Shown: in pieces, positions 1 through 13,699 of the stretch
Layout: each line of letters opens with the position of its first letter
Numbering within the stretch: position 1 is the stretch's first letter
NCBI RefSeq assembly: GCF_009914755.1
Contig: NC_060926.1
DNA: 64,000 nt
Reading direction: 5' to 3' (one strand)
Source of the DNA: the human T2T-CHM13v2.0 reference genome, Homo sapiens
Translations under genes and position numbers: made by a program
Notes under the pieces: model-generated
The model's input: only the letters and a program-made list of their open reading frames with translations
What the model was told of the DNA's origin: nothing
Database searches by the model: none

Positions 1-269
1 ATCTTGGCTCACTGCAATCTCTGCCTCCCGGGTTCAAGTGATTCTCTCGCCTCAGTCTCCTGAGTAGCTGGGATTACAGGCGCCTGCCACCATGGCGGCT
101 AACTTTTGTATTTTTAGTAGAGATTGGGTTTCGCCATGTTGGCCAGGCTGGTCTGAAACTCCTGACCTCAGGTGATCCACCCTCCTTGGCCTCCCAAAGT
201 GCTGGGATTATAGGCATGATCTCTCATAACTGTTAATTATAACAGCTATGTGAAGCACTGTGCCTGGCC
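1..269 (-). mobile_element. Alu (AluS-type), 3' part runs off the window; carries a ~33-bp palindromic insert near its 5' end
   Basis: Antisense Alu motifs (gctgggattacaggc, tttttagtagagat, cctcccaaagtgctgggatta), ending ...cactgtgcctggcc at 269. Confidence 0.95.
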
Positions 270-1643
270 TGAATAATGTTTTTAAGCCTCACTTTTCTCA
301 CAGTAATACTAGATTGCCAATCTCTCAGGCATGTTGGGGGGATTGCCTTCAATAACATATGCAAAGCGCTAGAATGTGTTCAAACATGTACTTAGCTCCG
401 CTCAAGAGTTGGTTCTCCACTCGAATCCTGCCCTTGCTACTCTTATTTATCAGCTAAGCTTTTGGAGGACAATACTTATGCTTTCTCCTATCCCTCTATC
501 TTTCTAATAAAGACTCCTGTCCCAAAGGCAGATAGATGGAATGCCTGACTGAAGGCAAAGTGGGATGAGAGAGGAGAGAGAACAAATCCAAACAGCAAAA
601 AGGAGCAGCCTACAGGGAAGCCCCTATTGTCCAGAAAATGCTACAGAGAGTCTCTGTTTGGTCTTTGCAGCCAAGAACGCTAAAAAAACTTCTAACCGAC
701 AATAAACCATTCCCACTGGCAGAATACAATTTTGTTTGTTGTTACACTAGTCATTCATGAGGAATATCTTTGCTTTGTTCTGGGTCATTTACCTTGAGTT
801 GGAAAGATGCGAAATGAATTAGCCCAGAGGCCAGGAGTGGGGAGATATGATTTGTATTAATATTTTTTGAGATATGATGTTGGTATGCAACCATAATAAG
901 CAGCACATTGAAAAGTTAATTCAGCAGCAGTAATTCTGAGAAGTAATGCAACTTATTTGTCACTAAGGAGGACTGCATAGCCAAGTGATTTCTTTATGCA
1001 TTTTAAAGTGTTTTTAAACCCTTGGGTAGCTATAGTCAATTTTTAAACATGTTTCCTCATTAATTTTGAATTTGTAAATGTACATTGTACAGGAGTGTTT
1101 TAATCATCTGGGGAGGCTGCTTCACAGATGGCTCTTGTGTGACCTAAAATTTCAATGATTGTAATGAATCAGAATGGATGATGGTAAACTTGCTTGGAGA
1201 TTTGCTGATTGTCAACAGTTTTACAGTTTTACTACTGTTCTTGAAAGTTTCGTGCTTCTTCAAAATGAAAGGAAAGCAATTGTAATGGGACCGTCAGGAC
1301 CAGGAGTTGCCTAAATGAAATAATTTCAGTCAGTTCCTTACTATTCTCTGTGGAATTCTTTTCAGTAAAATACACCAACAGAATGATTGATCATGTTGAA
1401 TCTAACACATGTGTAGAGAGTGAGTCATCGGCTCTCCAGGCCTACACGTGACAGGCCATTTCATGCCTCTCTGTGATACTATATGCAGTCCTAATTAAAA
1501 TATGAGAAAATCTAACAAGAAATGCTCTAGTGAATTACTTATGCCAATGTTCTCCTTCTGTGGCACCAGAAGTTGAGAATTGCCTAGGCAAAGGGTTTAT
1601 CAGGTACATAAAGCTTTACCTATCACTGTTAAAGACTTAACTT

Positions 1644-1947
1644 GGCTGAGTGCAGTAGCTCACACGTATAATCTCAACACTTTGAGAGGCTGTGGCAGAA
1701 GGATTGCTTGAGACCAGGAGTTCGAGACCAGCCTGGGCAACATAGTGAGACCCCATCTCTACAAAGAATAACAACAACAGCAACAAAAATAGCCAGGCAT
1801 GGTTGGCGCATGGCTGTGGTCCCAGCTATTTGGGAGGCTGAGGATCTCTTGAGCCTAGGAGGTGGAGGCTGCAGTGAGCCATGATCGATCATGCCACTGC
1901 ACTCCACCTTGGGCAACAGAGGGAGATCTTGTCTCAAAAAAAAAAAA
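1644..1947 (+). mobile_element. AluJ-type SINE
   Basis: Dimeric Alu with AluJ-type motifs (ggattgcttgag, gggcaacatagtgagacccc), an A-tail, and imperfect TSD aaagacttaactt (1631-1643) / aaagattgaactt (1945-1957). Confidence 0.93.
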
Positions 1948-2143
1948 GATTGAACTTAAAATGCATCTAGAAACCAGAATTATAATAGACAAATCCATTT
2001 ATGAGACCCCTAGTTCTGTTTGTTTGTGCTAGAATCATGTGTGTGTTTCACCCCAGGCTTTACCGTGCAATCTGCCTGCAGCACAGTGCAGGCAAAAGAA
2101 GATGGTCTGGGACATTAGAGTCACACATGTTCTCACTTACTAG

Positions 2144-2631
2144 TGTTACCCACACAACAGGTGGGTTCAATCGCTTGGCAGGTAACAGTCCAATGACAAT
2201 GAAGGAGGATTTAACAAGGGGGTTTTATTACTTGCCACAGGTAAGGAGGATACCGGGGATAGGTCCCAAAGCAATGCCTCCCCTAACAAAGGTGAACACA
2301 GGGCTTTTATTGGGCTGGTTAACTGAGTCGTTGTATGTAGAGGTGGCATATAGGCAGCACAGGCACAGCCACTGATCGTGCCTCTACACACGTCAAATGT
2401 ATAGGAAATGGCAAGTAGGCTTCTCCCTGGGTTTGGAGGTTAGTATGGTAATGAGTGGAGTTTGCCAAAGTTCATCTCCAACTCAGGCATCTCTGGATCC
2501 CATCAGTTTGGTTTTTCCTGGGCTGAGCTTCTTCCTAGAGCTTTTTTGAAACAAGAACTCAAGGTGCAACGTTACAAGTGGATACATTTTCACAATAATG
2601 CATCTCCAAAACCCAGCAACCCTGGGTTACA
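2144..2631 (-). mobile_element. Solo ERV1-class LTR (family not resolved)
   Basis: Termini TGTTACCC...GGGTTACA, 4-bp flanks ctag/ctat, and an antisense poly(A) signal (ttttatt at ~2223). Confidence 0.75.
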
Positions 2632-3270
2632 CTATCTATGTGTATCTGTGCATAAATTAGCCTTTCTGAATTTTGGTTTTTTGGAACAGAGGATGGTTAA
2701 CTCTGCCAAGTGGAGAGGCTGTGGTGGTGAAGTAGCACGTTTAATCCTGGCACAGAACACACTCCACAAGTAGTAGCTCTTTCCTAGTCTCTTACTATCC
2801 TCGTTCTCTGTAAGAGGTGGCCCCCAGACTGCACATTTCAAGGCCTCGTGCATTCCAAGAACCTCCACCTTTAATCTCTATGTTCTCCGATTAACAATTC
2901 TTAGGAAATTCTGGAGCCTGCCATTCGCTGGCAGGTGCTTGAAACTCCAGATTCCTAATGCTGCTGAGGCTCTCCAGGAGGGAACTCCAGGAGAGGCGCC
3001 TGGCGTAAGATGAGGCCAGGATATTCACTGTCAGGTTATCCCAGGCATTCTAGTAGGAGTCTCAGTACTGAAGTGGGACACACAACGCTTGTCCTTTGGG
3101 GGCCCTGGCAGGGAAAAGTTACTTCTCATTCCCTATTTGAGCAGGTACTGGTGTAAAAGCTGTGCTGAGCATGACATTGAGCACCAGCCTAGAAGACTCA
3201 TCTTCACCTAAATTATGGGTCATTACTGTTCATCTTTTCTGACCATTCATCACTCCCAACAGTGCCCTGT

Positions 3271-4190
3271 TGATAGAGACAGAAGGCAGAGAAACTCTAG
3301 GCAGACAGGGCAGGTCCCTGGTGAAGTCCCACCTTCCAGCCGTAAAGCGTGAAACCCATGGCCCAAAGTGAGAACTTCTATCCCTGTGTGCCCACTCTCT
3401 CCTGATTGGTTCTTTCTGAATAATGTCTTTTTTACCAATTGAATGTTGCCTTTTCTCAAACTACCTATGGCTCACCCTGCTCCCCATCCTGTGCCTATAA
3501 AGACCGTAGACTCAGTCAGTAGAGAGAGAAACAGCTTGACTCGAGAGAGGGAACTTGATTTCAGGGGGATGGTTGGCCCTAGGAGGAGAGATGGCTCTTG
3601 ATTTCAGGGGGATGGTTGGCCCTAGGAGGAGAGATGGCTTAACTTCAGAAAAGAGCCAGACAGAGATGGCCGGACATCAGGGAAGATTACCTGCCCATCC
3701 TGTCGCCTCTCCTGCTCCCCTCTCTGCTGATAGCCATTTCCATCACTTAATAAAATTCTCTGCCTCACCATCCTTCAAGTGTCTGGGCAACCTCATTCTT
3801 CTTGGATGCCGAACAGAGCTCAGGACTCACGGAGTGTGGTGCCCAACAAAGGCTGTCACACTGGCACTTTGCCCTTGCTGGCAGAGGGCCGTCACCCCAC
3901 CGGATGAGGCAAGGGCCCCACTGAGCTGATAACACACTACTGTCCATGGACGGCAGAGCTAATAGAGCACTGTAACACACCCTCTGGGGTTTTGGGGGTT
4001 GCAGACACCCCACCTGGGCACCACCATGGGGCCTGCATGGAGCCTGCTCCTGCTGGAGTCCAAAGCTGCTGGCCGGATTCTGAACTCGCTTGCTCATGTG
4101 ATCCCTCCCACAAGAGGTTGAGTGGGGCGGGCAGAGTAAGTTGGCACCCCTGTCACAAGTCTGATGAAGGGGTCGAGAAAAACTCCTGCA
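3271..4190 (+). mobile_element. Solo ERV1 LTR of the LTR27/LTR28/MER52 group
   Basis: Starts tgatagagacagaaggcagagaaactctaggc; TATA (cctataaagacc, ~3494); AATAAA at ~3749; ends ...aaaaactcctgca; 4-bp flanks ctgt/ctgc. Confidence 0.8.
3554..3639. repeat. Perfect 43-bp tandem duplication inside the LTR
   Basis: cttgatttcagggggatggttggccctaggaggagagatggct occurs at 3554-3596 and again at 3597-3639. Confidence 0.95.
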
Positions 4191-5380
4191 CTGCTTTCAC
4201 CTAGCGGGCCCAGTGCCTTTCCTGGGCCCTGAGCCAGTCCTGATAGAGAGAAGAAAAAGGACATTTAATAAGGTTTATGCTTCTTGGTTGAATGTGTTAC
4301 TCTTCCCAGAGAGTTTTCATTTTAATGAGAATCAAGCAGAGTAAAAAACCAAAGGAATGAAACATCTAGTAGTGGAATATCAAATAAGAGGAGCCCAGAG
4401 GGGAGCAGCCTTGGGTAGCCTAGGCTTTGGGGCCCTGAGGAAGGTGGTCTCCACTGACCTACCTAAGAAGGCTGTCACATTGGAAACAGTTTTGTTCCTT
4501 ATGCAGCAAGTATGTAGGTATAGGCTAGTGTTTAAATATCAGGACCCACATTAACCAGAACACCCAGTAAAATCACTATGCTGCCCCCTACCCTATTCCT
4601 TTGGCAGATGGTCTCAAGAGAAGTCCACTCTCAGTGACAGCAATGGCAAATAGCTATGCTGCCACCCCTGTCTCCCATGCCTGGCACATGCCACTCCTCC
4701 ATCCCAGTTGACTTTCCTGCTGAGCCCATGCTCATTCAGGATCCTTCTCAACCCTGTGTCCCAGGCAAATATTATTGTTTCATCAGATTTTACTAATGCG
4801 ATAAAATCGATCTGCCTTCCTCAGGCTATGATTTGCACATTCTAGATAAAGTAGGCTGCACAATCAATGTTGTCTCCCATTTTGCTGATTTTACTCACTT
4901 TAGAGATGGCAAGCAGCTTTCCCAAGGTCATCCGGTGGTTTATGGCAGAAAGACACCTCAAAATGGGATCTGACCTCTTCAAACCCTACACTTGTCTACT
5001 CCGTGTAGCTGTTTCCTTGAAATCACAAGTGCTTCTTGCTTTTTTGTTTACACACTTTATGAGATGTTAACACAAAGGTACTGCTCCCAAGGGTGTAGAT
5101 TTTCACTAAACAAAACACACACCAGTTATTTGCTTAGCAAATGGCATGGGCTTAGGATTCATGTGTGACCCCATAAAAATTAGGAATTATCTGACATACC
5201 TCATCACATACTTCCCTTTGAAAAGCTGCCTCCACCGACTGGGACCCTGGTCATTAGAATAAACATACTGGTTTTGATGATGATAAAGTCCAAGTGAGCC
5301 CCAGTTTTAGGATTGTTCCATGAACAAAGTGTTTTATTTGCACTGTCAAATTGAAATAAGCTATAAGAACAAACTTATTG

Positions 5381-5755
<375 letters not shown>

Positions 5756-7060
5756 CTACATTGTCACTGGGGAGTATACTTTCAAAATATTTGGTATTCT
5801 GAATTCTAGGAAATGGCCGAGTACAGCATAATGTTCTCTGCTTCTCAAAAACCTTCTGTTTGGCGTGGAAACACATGCTCTGATCTGTATGTCAAGTTTT
5901 TCTGTGTGTGGCTCTTCAATCAAATTACCCAATATGGGACTATTCATGGGGAGCTCTTCTGAGAACTGAGTTGGAACTCAGAGGCTGGCCAACTCCCAGG
6001 GCTCTCCTGGCTCCCCACCCACGGTGCTCACTAAATGCTTTTTTTACTTCCTCCACCAGTTCTCGTCATCTTAAAATCTAACTCAAGTCATGGTTGTCTA
6101 TGTGACTTGTTGACTAGTCTAACCTGTATTAATCCTTTTTTAATCTGAATTAATACAGTGTACATTTTGATAAGAGCTGCTTTTTATGGTTGATTGTGTG
6201 CGCACTGCGTTACCGTAGGATCCCATTCACAGTGTTGTCACTGAAAATTTGTATAGTTATCACTACATCATTCCAGCATACAATAGGAGAGTGCCTTGAA
6301 GAAGGGGTACTTTGTTAATGCACACGACGGTGCCATATTGAATAGTGAAAGAGCTACCCACCAGTTCCAACTGCCCAGTCAGACCCTGGGAATTATCTTG
6401 TTCTTCTCTACAGGGCACACACCTTGAGGTCTAGAGGAAACAATCATTGAGTGGGTATCTATTAGGTTTCCAGAAACTGGGCTGGGCAATATGTTACCTC
6501 CCTTCATTCTGTTAATAATTATAAAGTTTGAGAATTGTCTCTTTATTTTAGAGGTTAAAATGTAAGTAATTTTTTCAGTTATGTAGCTGATCATGACAGA
6601 GCATTGATTTGAACTCCAATCTTCCTCATTTCAAAGTCCACATTCTTTGCCTCATATCCCATTAGTCCCCAGTATATATGGCACAGGGATCATGCCTCTG
6701 TGGATTCTCAATAAATGCTATGAGAATTAATTAGCTAAAGAAGAGTAGCAGAGAGCAGTTCATGGGTCATCAGGGTTTTGTTTATAGCCTGTAGAGTTTA
6801 GCTGTCCTTTCCTGTGGTGTAGGTGAGAGAAAAAATACTGAAGTGGACCATGTGGACCCATAGCTACTTGGAGCCTCAGCATCAGGACTTACCATCCAAT
6901 CTTACATCTTCAGAATTTCCAGGTCTTCCCCTGTGTGGAAGTGGCACCACTGTAGTAGCATGGAAGGTTGATTGGAACTTGGTGGATATTAACTGAAACA
7001 TCTTAGAAACTCTCTGGAACCCAGAGATGAAACTTTGGTTGAAACTCATTAGAGGAGGAT

Positions 7061-7438
7061 TGTATTAGTCCATTTTCATGCTGCTGATAAAGACATACCC
7101 AAGACTAGGTAATTTATAAAGGAAAGAGGTTTAATTGACTCACAGTTCAGCATGGCTGGGGAGGCCTCAGGAAACTTATGATCGTGGTGGAAGGGGAAGC
7201 AAACATGTCCTTCTTCACATGGTGGCAGGAAGGAGAAGTGCTGAGCAAATAGGGAAAAGCCCTTTATAAAACCATCAGATCTTGTGAGAACTCACTCATT
7301 ATCACAAAAACAGGAGCATGGGGGTAACTGCCCCCATGATTCAATTACCTCCCACCGGTTCCCTCCTGCAACATGTGGGAATTATGGGTACTACAATTCA
7401 AGATGAGATTTGAGTGGGGACACAGCCAAAACATATCA
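7061..7438 (-). mobile_element. THE1 (THE1C-like) MaLR solo LTR
   Basis: tgtattagtccattttcatgctgctgataaagacatacccaagact ... gggacacagccaaaacatatca; perfect 5-bp TSD aggat (7056-7060 / 7439-7443). Confidence 0.93.
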
Positions 7439-7744
7439 AGGATACTTTTAAAATCTTCTACATTCTGTTTTATTATTCAGCATCTCACATTTAAAATGTT
7501 TAGGCAATATGGTTCTGTGAGCAAGGGTGCCTGCCTGGGGGCTATGACTACATGAGAAATTGGTTTGCTGCAATAAACAGAGGCCTGGATGTGGCAGGAA
7601 ACTCACATTCCAATGCAAGCCCTGCACATGACCAGCTGTCCTCTCTGGCCAGTCACTTCAGCTCTCCACATTTACTTATATATAGAATGTGGAAAATAAT
7701 CTCTTCCCTTTACCTATGAAGGGCTTGATGTTGAGGTAAAATAT

Positions 7745-8029
7745 TTCTTTTCTTTTTTGAGACAGGATCTAGCTTCTGTTGCCCAGGCTAGAGTGCAGTG
7801 TGGCAAGATTATGGCTCACTGCAGCCTCAAACTCCTGGGCTCAAGCAATCCTCCTGCCTCAGCCTCCCAAGTAGCTGAAACCACAGGCATGCACCACCAC
7901 GCTAGGCTAATTGTTTTACGTTTTGTAGAGATGGGGTCACAATATGTTGCCCAGACTGATCTCAAGCAACCTTCCTGTCACAGCCTCCCAAAGTACTAGG
8001 ATTATAGGCATGAGCCACTGTGTTTAGCC
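7745..8029 (-). mobile_element. AluJ-type SINE
   Basis: T-tail, then gagacaggatct...gcagcctcaaactcctgggctcaagcaatcctcc...gagccactgtgtttagcc. Confidence 0.92.
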
Positions 8030-8109
8030 TAAAAATATATTTTTACGTAGAGGTGTTTTGAAGTTTGCTAGTGGCAAATGCTTATCACTATATGGCTAAT
8101 AATAATATT

Positions 8110-8260
8110 TAGCCATTCATTTTGGATATCCAATAAGTATTATTAAGATCTATCTTTCACAGGTACTGTTCTAGGCACTGATGATACCTAGTTGAAAGAG
8201 ATGCAAATGGTACCTGTTCTTGAAGAACTTATATTTGAGTGAGGGTAGATACAATATAAA
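8110..8260 (-). mobile_element. L2 3'-end fragment
   Basis: cattcat...caataagtattatt...aggtactgttctaggcactgatgatac resembles the antisense L2 3' end. Confidence 0.6.
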
Positions 8261-8354
8261 AATTTAGTAAACTGTTTATAACAAGAAATAAATGTACAAT
8301 ATAGTTTCAAATAATAATAAGGATTTAAAGTAAGACAGGGCGATGAGATAAAGT

Positions 8355-8629
8355 AGGGGTGGGGCCTCATCTGGCTGGCTACCTGTTATTGTACTGCCTT
8401 GGGGCAGAGATTTGTTTTTACATTTTTAAATGGCTAACATTTAAAAAATAAAGATCTCTTGATATGTGAAATTATATTAAATTGAAATTTTGATATTCAT
8501 ACTTAAATTTTTGTTAGAACACAAATACTCTCATTCAATGGCAGAATTATTTGCAACAGAGATCATAAAAAATATTTACTATTTATATTACTATTTGACC
8601 TTTCATAGAAAAAGATTTACTGATTGCTG
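8355..8629 (+). mobile_element. MER58B-like hAT MITE
   Basis: tttttacatttttaaatggct...gatatgtgaaattatattaaattgaaattt...ctttcatagaaaaagattt matches the remembered MER58B pattern. Confidence 0.6.
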
Positions 8630-9694
8630 TGATGGACTGTGATGGGGATATAATTTGTCTAGGTTGGTCAGAAAAAGGCTTTACAGGTTTCCATCATCAC
8701 CATTATTATCTTCATCATCATAATTATTATTTTATATCTTCTAGATGAGTAATCTCTGACAAACTATTTAAGCCATCATTGTCACATTCAGAACAGATAA
8801 ACTTTAAATTCCTGCTTGATTTTGTGACCCTTTGAATGATGTATAGTCAAGTTTCTCTCTGTTAGAAGTTGTTATATTTGTTTAAGTATCCCCAGCAAAA
8901 TTTTCATCCTTCCCAGCTTCTCTTTGCCACCTACCTGCATTTTTGCGCACCCTATTCTGTTGTCAGATGGTGTGTGCCAACAAATTGTATTAGTCTAAAG
9001 AAAACATAATTATGAAGGTAAAACTGATACAAAATAAGGTCATTTGCTGAGCCAAATATAAATTATATTTGGATCACCTGTTGTTTGGGATTTTCTGCCT
9101 CAGTACTCCACCCATTAGAGAGCTAATCAGGAGCCAGCTGTGACTGTGACTGGAGCAGTATCTTACCTGTGAGTTGCGTAAAGGCTGGCTGGTGCAATGA
9201 TTAGCCGATGCCATCTATCAGCCAGTGCTGTGTGGCTGTCATGCCCCAGTGCTGAGGTGTGCTTTACAGAGATCTGGGAGCCTCTTCAGGCATATTTCTG
9301 GGGCGAGGAGTGTACCACATTTTACCCAAGAGGAAAGACAAGGAAAGTCAGGGAAATGTAGGAAGTAAATGAATTTAAGTGAAAATCTGGAGATGTAGGC
9401 TTTTGGGTTATACATATAATTTGATACTGTGAAACATTCAGTGGATCTTCATGTGGGAATAACTGTACATTTAACTTCTAATGACAGATAACCAGTGGCA
9501 AAAAAAGCTATTTTTAAATGCGTTAATCACAATTGTATTGACGTACATTGAGGACAGAGCAGTACAGGCGTACACAAGTTATTTTTATTCAGTAAACAGT
9601 TCTTGGTGTGCATATGGATTTGAATTTTCTTTTCTATAAATTGCAGATCTGCCATGAGTCTGTAGTCCATAGATTGGGAGTCATTCTTCCGGAT

Positions 9695-9917
9695 CAGGAA
9701 TCAGCAAGCTATAGCTAGTGGGCCAAATCTGGCCCACCACCTGTTTTAGTAAATAAAGTTTTATTGGAACACAGCCACGCTCATTTGTTTACTTATTGTT
9801 TATGGCTGCTTTTGCACTGTAATGGCAGAGTTGAGTAGTTGTGACAGAAACCATCTGGCATGTAAGCCAAAAAACATGTATTATCTGGCCCTTTACAGAA
9901 AAAGTATGGGACCCTTG
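9695..9917 (+). mobile_element. MER58A hAT-Charlie MITE
   Basis: gggccaaatctggcccaccacctgttttagtaaataaagttttattggaacacagccacgctcatttgttt...ctggccctttacagaaaaagt. Confidence 0.88.
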
Positions 9918-12241
9918 CATTCAGTTATTGTTTTCTCATGGACAAGAGTGGGTTTTTAAAAAGATATTTAAATCCCCGTGTATCATAAATATGCAAGTAC
10001 TATCTGGTAAGGTGGAAGAAAATATGATAAAAACATTCATGGGATTCTGGAATATTAATTCTGGATATTGTGTGCATTTCTGGAATAACAAAGCTAAAGA
10101 ATATTTCATTATTTATACAGGCAATTCCTTTGCCTCTATGGCCACCTATTTATTCAATCTACTTAAAAGAATTTTGTTTTTCAGGGCAAACTCTTCCAGT
10201 GTTTATGACCATTTTATTATCTGCATCATGAGGTGTTTCTGGGTGCCCCCTTTCTGATGGGCACTGAGAGAAGATCTCAGAGCTTAATAATTTGAACACA
10301 GAGAAAATTCCGTCGTCTAAATAATGTACATTGTTCTTCTATCCTCTGGGTATATCTGTCTCTTCCTCCTCAGTCCTCAGAGAAGATGAAAAATATCTGG
10401 TAACTTGTGTTGCTTGAAAACTCAGATATACCCTCTTTTATGCAATAGGAATCGGTTGGGTTCCTGAATGGGAAAACTATTGTGATTTCAGGATATCAAA
10501 TCCAGAGTTTTATTCAAATACATTAAGAAAAACCCTGGGACATAGGATTTTGTAAAGAAAATATTCATTTTTAAAACATGAAAACACAGGTATCAAATAC
10601 ATAGGTTTTGCTAGATTTTATTTGCAGATGGTAGATTTTCTCTGCTTACTCTAAGCTTTTTACCCAGGATCTGTGTTCCAGCCTCGTGGCCATACCCACT
10701 GGCCATATCCTCTGCTCATCTGACACCAAAAGACTTTCCATATTTGGAGTAGAAACAGAAAAAATAAAGAAGCAGCAAATGTTCACATGCAGTGTCCAGT
10801 TAGAGGAGCACGCTGGCTTTCTGAGGGAAGAGGGCACTCACATAGAAGTTCAGGAGTTGGATAGAAGCTACATTGCACTGGGCTCCTATCCCCATAATCA
10901 GACTTTCCACAGAATTGCATTTTCTAACCTACCTTCTCAAAGGATGGCTGAGATTTTTGGGTAGGGCCAGATACCACTCTGCTGTGACTTCAGCTTGACA
11001 AGGTGTCTGAAGATATCCTCACAAACGGCCTGATTTTTGCTCCATGGTTTCCATCAAAGATGTCAGTTCATATCTTCATCTTACTCCAAGAAACCTTGAA
11101 GAGGAAATGTGTATCTGAGCTCTGTAGTTGACCAGTGGACTTCCGAGAGCAGACTGACCTCATGAGGTTGGCATTATCAGAAGCTATGTTTACACCTCAG
11201 GAAATGGTCTGCTTCTTCCAGAGCAGCCTGCAAAAGTGAAGGCAATAAGCAGCTAATGTAATGAGATCAGCGTTTGAGGTAGTACTGGATGTCTGGGGGC
11301 CAGTGATACTTACACACACGATTTGTTAGATAATTCAGCAAGAGCTGAGGCCTGACTGAGGCTTCATGCTTTGTGAGCTGCCAGTTTTAGTACTGTTTCT
11401 ATTTCCATCAAGGCCTTCCCTTGCTGTGTGGGCCAGCCTTCATTGGCCTAAGAATCATTCATTCATTCACTCTGCAAATGAGTACCTGCATTTGCAAGGT
11501 GTGATTCTGTATGCTGTGAGACTATTTTAACAGACATGGTATACACTTATGATAATTGGTTGAGAGAATGGAACCTAACCCTCGAAGAAGACGTTATCTA
11601 CCTGACACGTGAAGAAATGGAGGTAGACAGTACACTCCATCTTCTGAAGATTGGGCTCTCAAGGAGCTGATAATTTTAAAAAGATCTTTAGGACCATTGT
11701 CTTCATTCCCTAAAGGCTGGAATAGAAAATATCAAAATTAATTGTGCCAGTAAAAGCAAGTTGACAATCTTAAAGCATGGTAACGAGAGAGAGAGGGGGA
11801 GACGGGGAGAGGCTGTTGCTCATGAATAACGTGGTGTGCACTAAAGATTTGGGACAGAGGGAGGGCATACATATAGCTTGTAGTATGCTGTGTCCTGGGT
11901 ACGGTGCTATTTCAAGAGTGAACAGTATGTGCAGAGCACAGCCACGTGGAAGGGCAAGGTTCTGGGAATGGAAAATAGTTCTAGATTATTAAGGAGACAT
12001 GAAAAAAGATGAGGGCAATTATAACAGTTAAGGAAGGAGTTCTGAAACCTGTTGACCAGGGTTTAGGTCCTTGCTTCATTGCTGTGAGATGTATTTGGAC
12101 AGTTAACCTCTCCGTGCCTTTGTTTCTCTACCCATATGGACTGGAAATAGGATATCAATCAGCCCGAAATGGGGGCTGTCACATATTAAGCTATCGACAC
12201 ATATATTAGACAAATTGTAAAGAATGTCTTATGGTATAGAA

Positions 12242-12472
12242 TCAAGTTTAATAAACTTTTTTTTTTCCCGTAAAGGTCAGGCAGTAAATATTGTGGGCTG
12301 TGGTTGTGGGCTACCTATAGTCTCTGTTGCAATTCCTCAGCAATATCATTATAGCACAAAAGCAGCCACAGCCACTACATAAACAAGTGGGTATAGCTGT
12401 GTTCCAATAAAACTTAAGTAACAAAAACAGGTTGTGGGATGGATTTGACCTGTGGGCTATAGTTTACCATGT
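12242..12472 (-). mobile_element. MER58A hAT-Charlie MITE (opposite orientation)
   Basis: gtaaaggtcaggcagtaaatatt...gcagccacag...gctgtgttccaataaaactt is the reverse complement of the MER58A pattern. Confidence 0.8.
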
Positions 12473-13102
12473 GTTTAGAATATGGACTGTGTTCTGGCTG
12501 TTACAGGTTCATGTGTGTTACAGGGTTGGGTGTAGGGGACTCATTCATAGTTTTTACATTAATAGCCCCTAAAAAGCTAAAAAAAAAAAAAAAAAAGAAC
12601 GACACAATTAGATTTTAGAATTTAGAAAGATAGCACTCTTTTAACAGAGTGGTGCAGTTACCAAAGTGTGCAATTTTCTGTATATGTTTGTGTGCATATG
12701 CATATGCGTGGGAATTTGTGTTTGTACATGTGTATGTGTGTGTTAGCATTGGCAGAAATGAGATGAATCTACAAGCTGCTGACATGGTCTAGAGATTATG
12801 AGAACTTGGGATAAGATAGGGCATTAGAAATAGAGAAGAGAGCACCCTTGGGTGACAATGTGTTTAGATATTTTAGGATGACAGCCAGGTTTCTACTTTG
12901 GTAATTGAGATAACAGCTACTGGAAGAACAGGCTCAGGGAAGATGCTACATTCATGTGAGGAGAGGGTGAGTTTGATCAGCCCATCAGATAAGTTTTCTT
13001 GTGGGCATATTGAGTTCAGAAGAGACAAGGTGTGTAGATACAACTGTGGAAAGCACTAATACATGCCTAATCCAATCCCAGAGAAGGGAAAATAGAAGAA
13101 AA

Positions 13103-13104
<2 letters not shown>

Positions 13105-13138
<34 letters not shown>
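13105..13138. repeat. (GT)17 microsatellite
   Basis: Seen directly. Confidence 0.97.
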
Positions 13139-13139
<1 letters not shown>

Positions 13140-13650
13140 TATGCAAAGGTATTTAGGCTAACTTATTCATGTGTTAACATAAGGCTAGACATACATGGAC
13201 ACACTTGGAAGTTCTGGGAATTGGGAGAAAGAAGATTTAAAATTTTCTTCTCAAAATACTGCTCAAATTCAAGAGTACCTTTCCACTATGAAGGTGTCAG
13301 TTGTCGAGATACTCACAAGCTATTTAATTCCTAATCTGTAAGAGTCTGTAGAAGCTAAAGAAATATCTTTATGTTGGACCTTTAGGCAAGACAGAAGGAC
13401 CAGTTTTTAGTGAATAAGTGGAGAGAAGAAAATAGAAAACAATGCATATAACACTCAGACTGTAGTTCTTTACTCTAATGGAGGATTTCCATAAAAATCT
13501 TTTTATTTGACCTCAAGGGCACATAGTTTACATAAATTCCGTATGTATGTGGATGATCTCACTGACTCACCTACCTAGAGTTTCCCTGGCTTTTTTTGAG
13601 TTCTCATTTAGGTTTTTTAAAATTGTATTTTATTCAGCATAGATGGTTCC

Positions 13651-13651
13651 T

Positions 13652-13697
<46 letters not shown>
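13651..13697. repeat. (TG)n microsatellite, ~23 units with one interruption
   Basis: Seen directly. Confidence 0.97.
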
Positions 13698-13699
<2 letters not shown>

